DNA from: Tubiluchus corallicola
Lineage: Eukaryota; Animalia; Priapulida
NCBI GenBank assembly: GCA_030141605.1
Contig: JAQGDQ010000428.1
Span: 1-64,000 of the forward strand
Direction of reading: 5' to 3'
Length of the DNA stretch: 64,000 nucleotides
Positions 1 through 12,285 of this stretch are shown in pieces. How positions within the stretch are numbered: position 1 is the stretch's first letter; every line of letters starts with the position of its first letter. The translations under genes were made by a program, and so were the position numbers. The notes beneath the pieces are model-generated. The model saw nothing but the letters and a program-made list of their open reading frames with translations. It was not told where the DNA came from and did no database searches.

Positions 1-2
1 AT

Positions 3-1997
3 GTATACAAAGGGAAAATTTATGTTTTTGGTGGTGTTTATGGTGTGAATGATTGTCCTTTATTTTGCTATGATGTACTTTGTAACTCCTGGGAAAGGTT
101 AGCTACAAGCAATCCAGGAGCAAAACAACCTTTTAGCAGAAGAGGTCATACAGTAGTGGTATATAAAATAAGTATGCATGTGTTCGGTGGTTATCAAGAT
201 TTAAGCGGTTCAAATAATGAACATTGGGCTTACAATTTTGAAGCTCGTAGTTGGCATGAATTAAATAGTGGCGTGAAAGAAGTTCCACCACCACGGCATT
301 ATCATTCCGCTGTTGTGTATTCAGACAGCATGTGGATATATGGAGGCATTACACATTTGCAGCGTATGTCTGACTTATGGAAATGGAATTTCGTCTATGA
401 GTCATGGACTAGAATTCGTTCTAAATCAGGGCCAGGTCCTTTGTCAGGGCACAGTGCATGTGTGGTGGCTGGCAGTATGCTGATATTTGGTGGTGAAACT
501 GATAGTGCTCCATGTAACGATCTTTGGAAATTTAATTTTTCAGACCTAACTTGGACAAAAGTGTTAATTGAAAATCTTCCTAGCTGTCGTAGTCAGCATG
601 CAACCGCTCTTGTAAACTCTGTTCTTTTTGGGTCTGATTCTACCTTTTCAGCTTCCGAACCTTGTTTACAGCCGGGTAGGGCTAAATTACCATCTTTTGC
701 TCGTCCTGACACATGTCCTCCTGATTTGTGCTCATCTTCTGTGCATTATTCTAAACTTGAAACCATATCCGTTGAAACCTTAACAGAAAGCCTTCCAGAA
801 ACGTGTGACAATATCCAAGACAAAAATGTTATCAGTATCGGCTGTAATGTTTTACAGACGTTTGCATCTAAAATACCATCTTCAGACTACAATTATTCTA
901 AATTTGATGAGACACACAACAACATTCAACATGCTGTAATAACGAATAAAAAGCAATACTCTCATAATTCAACACAGAAATCATTTTTACCAGCAGGTGA
1001 TATCATATATAAGCATTTTAGTAATTCAACTTTTGAAAATGAGCTTACGAGTGACTGTGATGATCTAATCAACGAAAGCATTTATTTTGCAAAGAAATCA
1101 CTTGATGGTAATAGCGATGCTTCTTTGGAGGAACAACTAAAATCTGACCCTTATTACTGTACATTATGCACTTGCACTACTGGTTCTGGAGATGTGATGA
1201 AAGACAGTGGGGAATGTCTGGTACAAAAAGAACAGAAGATTGCAGGTTCTTGCACATGCCATTGTCATAACATCGTGCAAAGAGTATGCATCAGTGATCT
1301 AATGCAAAGAAGCTTAAGTTGTGGAGACGAAGTCCCAGTAAGTAAGTCATTTCGCAACAACCAGCAACCTTGTGCCATAACCTCAAACAGTATCACCGAA
1401 CTCCGGCAAAGTCAGCCAACTTTGTCCAAACAACATAGTGGTGTTTTACATGATAATGGGCAATATTTTATATTACCTGGTGCTGTGTCGTCTCGTTTTT
1501 CGGAAAGTAGCAGCATTAACTTAATTAGTTTTAGCCAAGAAGAATTGGCTCCATCAGTTATAGAAGAGTTTGATCCAATACTGACAGTTACTAGCAGTGG
1601 CGTGCAAAAGCCGTTAAACGATTTGCAAACAGAAACTGTTTATAAAAGTGTGCAGAAACAAGATTCTCACAAGCGAAATAGTGATGTAAATGATGCTGCA
1701 AGCTCTTCTGGTCAAATTCTTTCTAGCAACAAAGTTATACCTCTTGCAAAGAAGGCCATTGTTAATTCACCTCATGTACTTACAGACAAAAATGTGTCAG
1801 CTACTGAAATGCATCAGCGGGATAAATCTGTTGGTGATTTGCCTACAACAAGATCTCAGAAAGTCTCAAATCCTGTCAGTTGTTGGTATTTGTACGTATT
1901 TGGCGGGAAAATACCAGGTTGTAGCAGCAAAAAAGAGCTTGATGTGTGGCGATTAGCTATTAAATTTCGATCAGGGTTCCATGAAACATTTTTATGA
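3..1997 (+). CDS. Kelch-repeat beta-propeller protein (LZTR1/RABEPK/KLHDC-like repeats), 5'-truncated by the window edge; last blade interrupted by ~420-aa insert
   Basis: Frame is open from position 3 (VYKGKIYVFGGVYG...), so the track start at 45 (GTG) is not the real start. Repeated Kelch motifs RRGHTVVVY..VFGG, RHYHSAVVY..IYGG, SGHSACVV..IFGG, RSQHATALV, and C-terminal YLYVFGGK..DVW. Stop TGA at 1995-1997. No intron in the visible part. Confidence 0.85.
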   Translation, partial: VYKGKIYVFGGVYGVNDCPLFCYDVLCNSWERLATSNPGAKQPFSRRGHTVVVYKISMHVFGGYQDLSGSNNEHWAYNFEARSWHELNSGVKEVPPPRHYHSAVVYSDSMWIYGGITHLQRMSDLWKWNFVYESWTRIRSKSGPGPLSGHSACVVAGSMLIFGGETDSAPCNDLWKFNFSDLTWTKVLIENLPSCRSQHATALVNSVLFGSDSTFSASEPCLQPGRAKLPSFARPDTCPPDLCSSSVHYSKLETISVETLTESLPETCDNIQDKNVISIGCNVLQTFASKIPSSDYNYSKFDETHNNIQHAVITNKKQYSHNSTQKSFLPAGDIIYKHFSNSTFENELTSDCDDLINESIYFAKKSLDGNSDASLEEQLKSDPYYCTLCTCTTGSGDVMKDSGECLVQKEQKIAGSCTCHCHNIVQRVCISDLMQRSLSCGDEVPVSKSFRNNQQPCAITSNSITELRQSQPTLSKQHSGVLHDNGQYFILPGAVSSRFSESSSINLISFSQEELAPSVIEEFDPILTVTSSGVQKPLNDLQTETVYKSVQKQDSHKRNSDVNDAASSSGQILSSNKVIPLAKKAIVNSPHVLTDKNVSATEMHQRDKSVGDLPTTRSQKVSNPVSCWYLYVFGGKIPGCSSKKELDVWRLAIKFRSGFHETFL

Positions 1998-2389
1998 TCG
2001 TGTGAACATTCTTGCTATTTATCAGCTGTGTTCTTTTGAGAGAATTTAAATGTGCGATATATGTAGGCTTCAGTGCCCTGATTTTAGTTGCAAAATGAAA
2101 CAACCAGTATTATTTGGTTAACAATTAAAGATCTCTTCTGATGTCTGGTGGGACATGTTGTTTGCTGTTTGTTTGTTGTAAAGTAACAAAACAGAATGCA
2201 TAGAATAGAAGTAGCAAACAGGTGTTTATCATACAAATTTGGAAAGTGCTGTTTTGTGAGAAAATTTAGTTGAAGGTGTAATAAATCAAAATTGTATGTG
2301 GATTGGCAGTTCACTGCTACTTTTAATTTTTTTCATGCGACATGTTTTGTAACTTCCCTGACTTTGTTCAGGACACAAACCAACGTTCC

Positions 2390-2484
2390 TATACATATAT
2401 ATATATATGTATATACGTACGCACATATATATATACATATCTATCTATCTATATATATATATATATATATATATAGATAGATAG

Positions 2485-2525
<41 letters not shown>

Positions 2526-2541
2526 CATATATATATATGTA
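2390..2541. repeat. (TA)n/(TAGA)n microsatellite
   Basis: Directly visible imperfect dinucleotide run. Confidence 0.95.
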
Positions 2542-4961
2542 TAGGTTAGGTGTTTATATATGCATGCTGCCACAAATTTGGAGCTAATGTCGCAAAATGT
2601 AAAACGTTATTTATGTCCAGTGCTGTATGTTTTGCATGTAAAGTATGGAATGTCAGTTCTGATTTTCAGGGTAATGCTCAGTGATATAACTCTGTGTTTA
2701 TAATGTGCAGTTCATAACAATTAAGCTGTTTTTGGCCCTTTGGCATTAAATGTTCGTTAAAGATTTTGACTATTAAAAGATTATTAATTATAATTTTTTA
2801 GAATATTTATAATGTGTTTTAAATTTGCTTTTATTAGTATAATGTATTTTAATATATTGTTATATATAATGCATAATTAAATGTAACTGTTTCAACATGA
2901 TTATTTAATTTGATTACATATGACCCTGTCAACATTTATCCACGTGTGTTTGTTATTTAGAAAATTATGTCATCTGTTGTCATGGTCATTAGATAAATTG
3001 CAAATCTCAGTCTATTTTAGTGACACTTATAAGAAGGCATATAATACCAATATATACCAATACAAAATTTGACTATTTTTTGTTTTATACCGCTTTATAT
3101 TATTATAGTTATTATACTTTTGTTAATTGTTTCCACTTTATAATAAAACATTAATGTAGTTTATTTCAAAACATTGTTTATGATTAATTTTGTTCACATT
3201 ATTATGATCAGTAGGCTTGTCACTTGCAATCTCACACTTCACAACAATGCTGTTACAAGAAAATTTCTGATTTACATTTGTTAAGTATTAATTAATTAAT
3301 TTGTATAAATAAACCATAGTTATTAAATGATATTTTACAAAAATATACGTTAGCTATGCCAGTTTCAACCAACTGAGGGAGAATTAGATTTTTATGGTAG
3401 ATCTTCAATGCAGTTACTGTATCTAAAATTTAATACAAATCTGCACTAAGTTACTAATTCTTACACGATTTACAAATTTGAACTGAGTTAGTGATATCAG
3501 TAAAATATTTGCAAACACACTGAGTCAAAAGTTGATTCACAATAAAAAAGACGAAAAAATAGCAGCACCTAATGCTAATGCCATTTCGCAGCAAATGTAC
3601 CTCAATGCTATAACAGTTTTACTTCAAATTGCTTTTATCGCTGCCATTTTGTGCCTAATTAGAACAAGTAACTTACTACATTGTCTTGTTCCTGTTTTGT
3701 TTGTTATGTCAATTATGATTTCTGTGTGGCTGTGCATGAAAACTAATGTATACTTTAATATAGTTATGTATAGACAGACCTGATTTCCAGTTTCACTATT
3801 TGCATGATCCTTTATTTTTGTGACTGTCAATTCTGTCATAAAAATTGTGCTTGTGCATGCTGCTATTATTTTTCAGTTTTCAAATTTTTATTTTCAGTTA
3901 TTGTTTGATTTTTTATCATTATACACTTATTATTATTAGATTATTGATTACTGACGCACGCACACACACACATTATATATAACTTATATATATTGGTCTT
4001 TTACTACCCGTTCTTGACAAAATGTTTTTTCTAATTATTATTAAATTTTGTATTACACCTGCGTGTGCATTGCAAGATAAACAAAAGATTAAGTTATGTT
4101 ATGTTACGTTGTGTGTGTAATTAGTGATTTCCAGTAGAGCATAGAGTAAGGCAATAAGCATTGTTATTTTTCATTGCCTTATGTATAGCTCTACAAGTCT
4201 ATGGCCCAAATCTTAAGGGAAAAAGACATTTAAATTAGTCACAGATTATAATTTGAGCCATTGATATTATTAATAATAGACTAGCCTGTAGCTTATGGAT
4301 AATGTAACTTGACTAATGAACGCGATCATCAACGGAGTTAGCATGAAGATCACCGAAGAATCTGACATCACAGAAGAATTCTGAAGAATAAAAGATTTCT
4401 GTTCTTGAGTAGACTATACAATAATACATGTAGAGAAATGTAGACCTACACAAGTTTGTACGTGTAACGTGCAATGAAATATAATTTTTATATTTATGTA
4501 GATAGATAATCAGTTTTAATGTTAAGTACTAAAACAAGATAGTGAAATCACTTCGTCAGATAATGAACCTTGTGCTTGGACCATCGTGATTTGTTAAAGT
4601 TATTTATTGCTTTTTAGTTTCTTGCCTTTACTTTAGCTTTACAATATTGTGTGTTACTTGTAATATATTTAGGTAATCTGGGTATTATGATAGCCTATAA
4701 TGTTTTACGAAAGCCATTGGATTTGCTTATCATCACTTGATTTGCATAAATAAAGCAATGTATTTGTTATTTTTTAGTTTTTTTGCCATGATTTAGCTAT
4801 AATTAAGTACATGGTAAAAAGTGTTGTGTATTACGTATTTGTATTGTGATACTCTAGGTATCAAAATAGCCTATAAAGTTTTTATGAAAGCTTTTTGATT
4901 TGCTTATCATCGGTTTAGTTTTATGTTTTAGAACTTGCAGTGGAGAATGCCATAAACTGCA

Positions 4962-7654
4962 ATGGGCAAACAAGATGTAAATAAACCAAATTGTGCCACT
5001 CTTTCTGTTGATCAGTACAGGAAACAGATAGGTATTAACAAAGTATGCACACATCTGTTAAAGCAAGTGCATTAACAGAATTTGAGGTGCACGCTTTACT
5101 CAGTGCCGTACGTGTTACAAGACTACAAAAAGTACAATTTTTTTATTATTAGCTGATAGCAAAAACATTTTATGTGTAAGAATTGTCTAGTTTCATAGCC
5201 TGTCAAGATATGCCCAGAATGCTTGCCAGTCCATTTGCATTTTTTTCTGATTGAATACCACCATTTTTGACATTACCGTCTACCTGCAAGCCTTAGTAAA
5301 TATTAAAAAAATGTAATAAAAGATTTCATTGGAGTGTGCAGGAAATTTTCGTCACAGAAAAAAGAATTATTATTGTATTAAATTTTTAAATTTAATAGAG
5401 CTTAAAGAAACTTCTTGGTAATTTTGCTTGTTTCAAGGCTAACAGTGTCACCAAATCTGATATTCCTTTCAGTTATTTGACTTGCAATTCAAAGCAAAAG
5501 TTTAAGTTGTTCCGAGTTCAAGTGTCTGCTTTTTGACTTTAAAGTCGGTTTGAGTTAAAGCAAGTGGCAATTTGACTTGAGTCTGAGACTCAATGTTACA
5601 ACACTCATGAAAATTGTAGCTACTGTGCCTATTTTTGAAAACCAATTTTAAAGTTAGTCATTTTGCAAATTTTTAAAAACTGAGTTTGAATAGTGTAATA
5701 GTCTTAGGTAACATCAGAACTTACCATACTGCACCACTTAGCAAGGCAGTCGCCGAGTAGCTTGACGGTCTGTAAGTTGCTTCTGTTGCTTACGTGAAAT
5801 TCATATTTTTGCATTTTTATATTTGAATTTCAGTTTAATAAGGATTCTAGTATCTATCCATGTATTTATAATGTGAATCAAACAGTGTCTAAGTATTTAA
5901 GGAAGACATATCATGCAAAGCACATGGCACGATCCACTGATTAAAGAAGTATTTCAAGTTCATGTTTCCATCACCGTACTCACTTCGTTTAGGCCCTTTT
6001 TCAATTTATTTCAAGCAAAAAGAGATGCCAAGTGATATACTACGTCAGCTTCATAATGCATACACAGTTTAAGAGAGCTTGCACTTATTAAACTAAAATA
6101 ATAACTCGCGTTATACCTTTAAATGATGGCTCAAAACTATTGATTATTATATCTAACTGCTAATAACTGAGCTTGCTGTGCATGCAAAACTCATTTTTTA
6201 TACTTTAAAATTACGATTTATTTGAAGCAGTATTATGGGAATTATTATTTGACTTGTCAAGGTAACTAGTGTGCAGACAGTACTAATATGGTATCATTTT
6301 AATGTTTGCATTGCCGATGAATATATGGTAGTCATTAACTATAGCTTCATGTATGTTTTTGGTCAATTGCTTAATTTTACATTAACATGTACTATAAGAT
6401 GCTATTGGAATTGATTGCTGGCATTCTTAATTTCACATTAATTTGTTGCAAGTTATTATATTAATTAATTGTGGTACCTTAAAATAATTTATGATGTAAT
6501 GCTTTCATGTTTTAACCTGATACTGAGTTTTCATGTTTCATTATAAAGTTTATTTTCTGTCTTGTGACTTCTGTCCTGATACAGCACTACAATGTGGAAA
6601 AAACTCAACGAAATTATCATAGCATTGTTTTACATAATGAATACTTGTGACACGAGCTTTTTAAAGAATTTATGACACCTGTCTGTTTATTATTTTGCCA
6701 CATCTTAGGATTTAAGTCGTACTATAGTTCAGATTGGCCATTTAGTTCAGGTGTAAAACAAAGAATCGTAGGTTGGTGATTCACCTCTTAGAAGCATGAA
6801 TTTATTAATAGAGTGCCACATCCTTTTTGTAATAATGATAGTAATGATAATAATAATAATAACAACGTTTCTGTAGGACATATAGTTTGCGCATATCTCC
6901 TAAAGTGTTTAATAGTCGTGTTGCATATCTAATTATTACTTTTGTAAGCCTACACCCCCTTCCCAAGTGCTACTACAAGAGTGCAAACAGAACAAGTTTT
7001 CAAAATTTGATTTTTCCTCTGGCAAAAAAGCAAGACCTGTGATGTGTGAAACTGCAACCTGTAGCTTAAAACGTGTGCTGAAACATAATTGTAAAAACAA
7101 TTAGCAAGGAAAGATAATATTTAATGAGCAAGGCCTTATCTTAATCAGTAATGACTCTTGCAAGTTCTGTAGGTAGTTACATAAATCTGTTTTTTACAGG
7201 AAAGCAAGATTATAAGAAATCTAAGAAGGGTCTGAAAGCAGTGAAGCAGCAAGCAGAAGCTAAAGAAAATATGATGGGAGTAAAGGTATGTATGCTTCCA
7301 GTGATTTTCGGGAAAGGGATAGAGCTCAGGTTTAGGCCCTTTGAACTCAAATAATGCCTTTGTTTTTTTATTTGAACAGTAAGTAAGTGTGTTCCTCAGT
7401 TTTTGTGCTTATTGTAGAGCATTTTAGTAACCTGGACATGTTTTTCTGAAGTGCAAGATTCGGCGTAGTAATCAATAATTATACCTATACTAAACATGTG
7501 TGCCTGGTTATTGACTTTCCAAAAAACATTCATTTGACCATCCGATTTTTCTTTGTATTTTTAGGAATTGCTGCTATTGGTTGGAGGTGTGTTAATGGTT
7601 TTTGCAACGATATACTTAATTTTGTATGTATATTTGTCAGGAGACAACATATAA
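4962..7654 (+). CDS. TRIQK: Triple QxxK/R motif-containing protein, 81 aa; join(4962..5031,7200..7285,7565..7654)
   Basis: GT-AG introns in phase (1, 0). Spliced product MGKQDVNKPNCATLSVDQYRKQIGKQDYKKSKKGLKAVKQQAEAKENMMGVKELLLLVGGVLMVFATIYLILYVYLSGDNI* matches the recalled TRIQK signature VDQYRKQIGKQDYKK..AEAK..G.KE followed by a C-terminal TM helix. Confidence 0.93.
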
Positions 7655-9643
7655 GCAATAGCACAGACAAAATAGCAACGATTTTTGTAAATATTTAAGA
7701 CAAATTTGTATATTTTGTTCAAACTGCTAAATATTAAAATGCTTGACTGATTTCTTTGTCCATTCTGCAGGTGTACAGTTTGCACTATTTATCTGTAATC
7801 CATCGTCTTTTGCTGTGAGGTTGGTAATTTGTTATGTAAATAGGGGTTGATTGCTTATAAAATGAGTTACATTTTTTTATATTACATTTTTTTATTTTTA
7901 TCATTATGCTAGTCTTCTAAATATTGAACAGACTGTAAATAATTACCAGACTTACTGTTTAAATATTATTAGCGTAAAAGAGAAAATGTAAGTATTAGCT
8001 GTAAGGGTTTTGACTGAAACTTACTCTAATGTCAATAGGTATCAATAAAACACTATTAACATTAGTTAACTGCAAAATCGCTAGAGTGCCTTTCATAACA
8101 TGCTCAATTTATGATATTTGCAAATGCCAACTTTTATGTAAATATATGTGAACTGAATAATTAGCATTTTCATTTTTATAATTGTACAGAAATTTGACTG
8201 AAGATTAATCTTGTAAAAAAGTGTGTTTATGTCTATAATCATATTTCTTGTAAATGAAATGCGATTTAGTCAGCTAAATTTGACACAACTTTTTTAATCA
8301 TAAACTGCATTAAAACTTTTGAATTACACTGTTGTACTGACAACTCTACTGTAAAATGTAAAAAGGAACAAAGACGTATAACTATAACAGATAGTTACAC
8401 ACAAATAATAATAACAAATTTTAAACATTGCAATCTCACAACACTTCGCACGATAATTTACAATCTTCAAAATGAAGTCATTGTGACTTCACGAGATATA
8501 GCAAAAACAACTGTTTAGTAAATATCTCAGAATCAATTTCTGATACCTGTCGCTGTAACATAATTCTCTGATTTGAGTGCAAGATTTATAGAAGCTATAT
8601 AGAGGGTGGTTCTACAGAGATAATTTTAAAAATGCATACAAGTGAAAGTCATATTGTCCCTGCAGGCTAGTGCTAGTTATGTTTTTGTGCTAAGCTCTTT
8701 GGCAATCATTAATTATTTGATGTCAGCTGACCTCATAATTTGGCTACATATCTGAAATTCTACAATTACAGGACCGTCATAAAGTTAGGAAGTTTTGGAA
8801 GTATTTGACGACATTCTCTTACTTTGTAAACAATAAAAGTTACAAACTACTATAGCAATGACTTGAAAAAGTCTGAAAATGAATTCCTTCAGTTGCACAA
8901 TTAAAAAGTGATACAATAACAAAAATCAAACTATTTGTATCCTGGATTGTGATCTCAAATCTGGAAAAAATATCCCGAATATCTTAGTACTTGCAAATTG
9001 CAATATGATGCCCATAAATTGAATTCAGTATCAGATCAGAATATGAATACAGGTCCACCAAACATTTGATGTAAAATTGGGTGTGAAATGCAGAAAGCCC
9101 GGTTTCACCCCTGCTACGGATCCAGGGGGCAAATTATGCCACAGAAATTGCCTTTCGTGTATCAAAATAAAATTATCAGAAAATTACAACAAAAATTAAG
9201 GTAATTTTTGTGCCCTACTGAGCTTTCTTGTGCTGTTATTGCAGTTCACTGTACTTTATACAAAAATATGCTTTTCATACACATGAAAAAGCTCAACAGC
9301 ACACAAAAGTGCTTAATTTTTAATAATTGTAATACCCTTTAATGTTTCACATCGTGCGACTCATGAACGCTACTGTATTACTGAGAGTAGTAGTATTAAT
9401 TGCGTCGTTATTGATACTGATGTCAAAGGAAGCTAGATGATTTACAAACTTGCATGTGAAGTTACAGTATACATAAGAACTGAAATTTGATGCGTGTTCA
9501 TGTGTAAAAGGTTTAACATGCGTGTGACACATGCCTAATGCACGAGAGTTGGCAGGTTCGTGAATGGCTACTGCACAAAATACACAATTTTTAACTGTTC
9601 ATTACACAGTACTTATTCTACAACGTACATATGTGACGTCAGT

Positions 9644-11446
9644 CTAACTCTGACGAAAAACCGCCTTCAAAATGTGTTTATCGTGCTTTCTTGCAAAGTA
9701 TCTTTGCCTGGCTAATGAAATTGTCTCATCCGTATTTCGTCTCCTATATTTTGCCAATGGGTCAGTAGCAGAACTTTGAGAATGCTCGTTGTTCACATAG
9801 TCACCTGCAGAATGGTCAGGTGGCGCTCTTGCACCACTTTTAAGGGTATCAGATATGGTTACTGCTACATTATCTGTTTCGATTGGTACAGATTTGTTTT
9901 TGTGGAGAACTTGCTTTTCCTTCTTATCTGTTATTTCACCATCTTCTGTTGAAGATTCAGATACCGAATCTGCATCCGACAAGTTCCTTGGCTTTTCATG
10001 CTGGTCTGTAGCAGTAGGCAAGTGTCTTACTTCTTGTTTTGATATTACACTCTCAGTTTCTTTATCAAACTGACTTTTACTATTTACATCGGAAATATTT
10101 TCAGCCTTACTATTTTGCTGAACATCCTCATTTGTGCTAAATGTGGTATTATCTATACCTTTCACTTCCGGTTTCTTGTTATCAGCTAGATTTATCTGAA
10201 CTTCAGGTAACTTTTCCTTTTCATCACTCTCTTCTAAGATCTTCTTGTCTTTTTGAGTACTGGCACTTGTTTCTTTGCCTTGTTTTAAGTGTATATCATT
10301 GCCTTTTTTACTGTGTCTATTAAGAGATTTATCTGAACCACTGTTTCTACGCCGATGAACATCTCTTTCTTTGCTCCTACGATGGCGTTCACTTTCGGAG
10401 TCTCGGCGTCTATGTCTACTTTTGTCATCATCCCTACTTCTTGGATAGTTTCTTTCGTTATGTCTGTCTGAATATGGCCTGTGTCTATCTCGATGTCTCC
10501 TGTCTTGATCGTCGTCATGCCTGCTGCTTCTCCGTTTATGGTTACCATCTTCATCACTGCTGCTGTGATGACGTTTTCTGTAATGCCTAGCAGAAGCAGA
10601 GTGTTTTTTCTTTCCAGTGCCAAACTTTATAGAAAGAGTATTTTCTGCTTTTAATTTATCATTGTTCTCATCTTCACTACTTGCAGGATGCTGGTCCATT
10701 TTCATTTCATCAGGTTCAGTAACTTCTTTTTTAAAACCGTCATTTTGTTCTTCAGAAGGCTCTTGTGCAACAAGACCAGAACTATTTTTGGATGCATCGA
10801 TCTGCTCACTTTCAGTTTTAATGGCACTAGGTGTTTCAACGTGATCTGGTTCATTTTCTTCACCCACTGTTTGCTTTAACAAATGTCTATAGAAACCACT
10901 AAGATCTTTTTGCTTTGTGACATCCTGCATTTTTTCCAACTCTTCCATCTTCCTTGCATGCTCCTCTTCTTCCGCTCTCTGCTCCAGTTTTTTCTTGTAC
11001 GCAGATGTAACAAATGCTTCTTTATCTTGAAATTCTTCACCTTCAGCATCTCTTTCTTTTTGCACCTGTCTCTCTATTCGGCGCTCGTGTTCTTTCTTTC
11101 TTTCTTCTGCAGCCTTTTTTAGTTGTGCTATGTACTTTGGCTTATTATCTTTTGTAGCTTGTGATTTGGGATTATACTCACTTTTTGTTTTTTCTATTTG
11201 GTCATAAATCGAGTCGTACTCATACACGGTAGGATCATCTTTTACTGCCTTTTCAATTTCTATCTGGCTCTGTTTCTTTAAGCGCTCCAAATTCACTTCA
11301 GTTCTAACTGGCTTAGACGTATCTCCAGTGTCCTCGTCACTATCACTTCCAAAAGCTGCGTGCACTTTTAAAAGCTTAGGAGAAGCTTTTTGACTTTTCT
11401 TTGTTATCAGTAAACCATACTGTTTTGGAGTTTTCTGTTCTGCCAT
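9644..11446 (-). CDS. NSRP1: Nuclear speckle splicing regulatory protein 1 (CCDC55), 600 aa, intronless CDS
   Basis: N-terminal QYGL; DUF2040-type motifs DPTVYEYDSIYD, PKYIAQL, EGEEFQDKEAFVTSAYKKKL, DLSGFYRHLL; Arg/Asp/His-rich region; C-terminal RRNTDETISLARQRYFARK. Probable 5'UTR intron 11481-11818. Confidence 0.93.
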   Translation of the reverse strand: MAEQKTPKQYGLLITKKSQKASPKLLKVHAAFGSDSDEDTGDTSKPVRTEVNLERLKKQSQIEIEKAVKDDPTVYEYDSIYDQIEKTKSEYNPKSQATKDNKPKYIAQLKKAAEERKKEHERRIERQVQKERDAEGEEFQDKEAFVTSAYKKKLEQRAEEEEHARKMEELEKMQDVTKQKDLSGFYRHLLKQTVGEENEPDHVETPSAIKTESEQIDASKNSSGLVAQEPSEEQNDGFKKEVTEPDEMKMDQHPASSEDENNDKLKAENTLSIKFGTGKKKHSASARHYRKRHHSSSDEDGNHKRRSSRHDDDQDRRHRDRHRPYSDRHNERNYPRSRDDDKSRHRRRDSESERHRRSKERDVHRRRNSGSDKSLNRHSKKGNDIHLKQGKETSASTQKDKKILEESDEKEKLPEVQINLADNKKPEVKGIDNTTFSTNEDVQQNSKAENISDVNSKSQFDKETESVISKQEVRHLPTATDQHEKPRNLSDADSVSESSTEDGEITDKKEKQVLHKNKSVPIETDNVAVTISDTLKSGARAPPDHSAGDYVNNEHSQSSATDPLAKYRRRNTDETISLARQRYFARKHDKHILKAVFRQS

Positions 11447-11547
11447 ATCTGAGTACTTTAACGGTGTTTGTAAACTGCACCTAAATAAAAAAATCTCTGA
11501 TTTAGTATTTAGATAGAAAGCGCCACTAAAAACTAATGTATATTATG

Positions 11548-11690
11548 TACAGTAAGTCTTTGGTTAATGTGTGCCTGTTTAGTGATGATCTGGTTCAATT
11601 ACGACAAACTTTTGCATCTTTTCTCATTTAATGGCGAGTGTTTCAATTATTCAATCTTTATGCTCATGTTTTATAGAGAGACTCACTGCT
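11548..11690. mobile_element. Possible short pogo/Tigger-type MITE in the NSRP1 5'UTR intron
   Basis: Starts TACAGTAAGTCT..., ends ...AGAGACTCACTG (imperfect inverted termini). Confidence 0.4.
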
Positions 11691-11818
11691 AACCGAAATT
11701 AATATTAATATAAGATCTGCAGTACTGATTCATTGTCATATGCAGTTACACGTCTTAATGACATTTACGTATTTAGCATGATTTGTTAGTAGCGTTCGTT
11801 TGTGAAGAGACAACTCAC

Positions 11819-12285
11819 CGAGAGATGTCATATACGTGTGCTTGCACAGCAAAAATGACCGATGCTGGAGGACCATTTTGATACCAAGTCTTCTATGGTA
11901 TTGATACAAAGATTTCAGTATTCTATGTTATTTCTAACCTGAGATAACTCGTGTTGAAGTTGAGATGCAGGCTGCACACTGGAAAACATAATCTTGAGGC
12001 GATCTTGAGAATTGTTTTTAAGTTTGCCACTGTTTTTTGTCGCGCTTCTAGAAAGACACACTACTACTAGTACTAGTAATCATACAAACGGGTTGTTGCT
12101 GTGGGGTGCAAGGGCACATTGGAGTTATGTTTAAATCCTGTAAAAAGAGTTTACTCACACCTCAAGCTGTCTTCCACCGATTTACCATGCTATAGTATTA
12201 ATTTTAGAAATTGTAGGACATCAAGGGTGTCACCTTCACGCAGATTGTGATATCGTTTTACCTTCGTGCTGTTGACTTGTGTCAG
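11819..12285. promoter_or_regulatory. Putative bidirectional promoter plus first non-coding exons of NSRP1 (-) and the BTB gene (+)
   Basis: Minus-strand donor CG|GTGAGT at 11819/11818 and plus-strand donor CAG|GTGAAT at 12285/12286 face away from each other. Matching acceptors lie just upstream of each ATG (11481 and 13893). Confidence 0.55.

Noticed and set aside
9855-11122. Multiple short ORFs overlapping NSRP1 (similar ones overlap the BTB and CAPSL genes)
   Set aside because: Antisense or alternate-frame shadows of biased coding sequence.
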